From contig MU271516.1 of assembly GCA_021432655.1 (NCBI GenBank), positions 1 to 51,099 on the forward strand: a stretch of DNA of 51,099 nt, in the 5' to 3' direction. Below, piece by piece: positions 50,270 through 51,099 of this stretch (the first letter of the stretch is position 1; each line of letters begins with the position of its first letter). Both the position numbers and the translations under genes were made by a program. Source of the DNA: Atractiella rhizophila (Eukaryota). The notes below the pieces were generated by a model, which worked only from the letters and a program-made list of their open reading frames with translations, made no database searches and was not told the origin of the DNA.

Positions 50270-50475
50270 GAACCACCTTTACGGGTTCGCCCGCGTGTAC
50301 CACAGACAGATCTATGCCCAACCTCGTGATCGTAAGCTCCATTCTTCTCCAAGGCTTCCCAACCAGAAGCCAGCGCTCGGAACGTCAAACATGGGTGAAC
50401 CCGTATCGTTCACAGACGAACCCGTGCGAGGTATTCTCGAAGTAAGATGGACCCTCGGGTGGACCCGAAAAGGAC
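50270..50475. repeat. ~200-bp element bounded by inverted CCTTT(A/T)CGGG...CCCG termini
   Basis: Palindromes at 50282, 50392 (degenerate), 50413 (degenerate) and 50456; the left end matches the reverse complement of ~46148-46178. Confidence 0.65.
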
Positions 50476-50483
50476 GATTTATG

Positions 50484-50578
50484 TCTGTTTTCGAGTCGAC
50501 GAAGAAGCTGGTCGTTTGCGAACTCTCTGCTCTTCTACTCCTCGGCGTCACAGACTGGTCCGTTCTTTTCCCCTTCTT
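50484..50578 (+). pseudogene. ~95-bp inverted copy of an internal piece of the DUF6534-like gene (~37246-37340)
   Basis: Near-identical nucleotides; both copies translate to VFESTKKLVVCELSALLLLGVTDWSVLFPFF. Confidence 0.85.
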
Positions 50579-51099
50579 CAGTTGGCTTTGGACGTTGCAG
50601 TTCGCGGAATCCAGATGAACTTGTGGAACCTTTGGTGGAACTCATTGGAAAACTTGCGCAAATTTCTAAGGACATCAAACCCGTATGATCTCAGCAATTT
50701 CCGTAGCTCGAAGCTTTTGGGATCTTTGGTTTTGGGATCTTTGGTCGTGTCGGCTTCCAACTCCGCTAACAACTTTTTCCTCATGGACCACTTTCACCGT
50801 AACCTCAATTTATGTGTCTCTCTCGCCACTGATCCTCCGCCAGGCCCTCTCAACCCAACAAGTCCAATTGCTCCCACCCAAAAGTGCCTCCATCATCCGC
50901 CTCCTGGAGTCAACCAGGTTAATTGGTCCTTCCCTTGAGTCTCCAATCAATTTTCTCTCAGTTCATCCATAATGCATTTTGTATTGAAGTCGGCAACCCA
51001 TCGTGACGGATGCTATATCGTTCGGTGATCCATCAATAATGCGACAGGATTGCACAGGAATCAATTCATCGAGAGGATTACCAAACCAAACCTTGCACA

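Noticed and set aside
34586..50467. Palindromic repeats as a CRISPR array or bacterial REP/terminator elements
   Set aside because: Eukaryotic context, no regular repeat-spacer array, no cas genes and no U-tracts.
50780..51099. EGPINLVD..EALL resembling the post-RT region of a LINE
   Set aside because: Too short and degenerate, and it runs off the window edge.

Overview
Eukaryotic, intron-containing DNA, most consistent with a basidiomycete fungus (introns of about 50-70 nt, a fungal FunK1 kinase, DUF6534-like 7TM genes). It is a repeat-rich accessory region. About 5.5-32 kb is a transposon graveyard: pogo/Fot1, hAT, CACTA-like Tnp2 and Ty3/Gypsy remnants, a hAT MITE with a perfect 8-bp TSD, and six solo LTRs with exact 5-bp TSDs, four of them only 162-164 bp. 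Host-type genes include an internally duplicated membrane protein, an intron-split mini-bZIP, an intact five-exon Rap/Rsr1-like GTPase, three DUF6534-like 7TM copies or fragments, an LRR-type ORF fused to antisense Copia sequence, and a Rad53/Chk2-like FHA-kinase with degenerate catalytic motifs. The most unusual signal is a family of CGG-N6-CCG palindromes in pairs exactly 21 bp apart at four loci. Two of these loci cap ~550-bp inverted repeats enclosing ~10.5 kb of host-type genes. All calls come from reading the sequence; no database searches were run.
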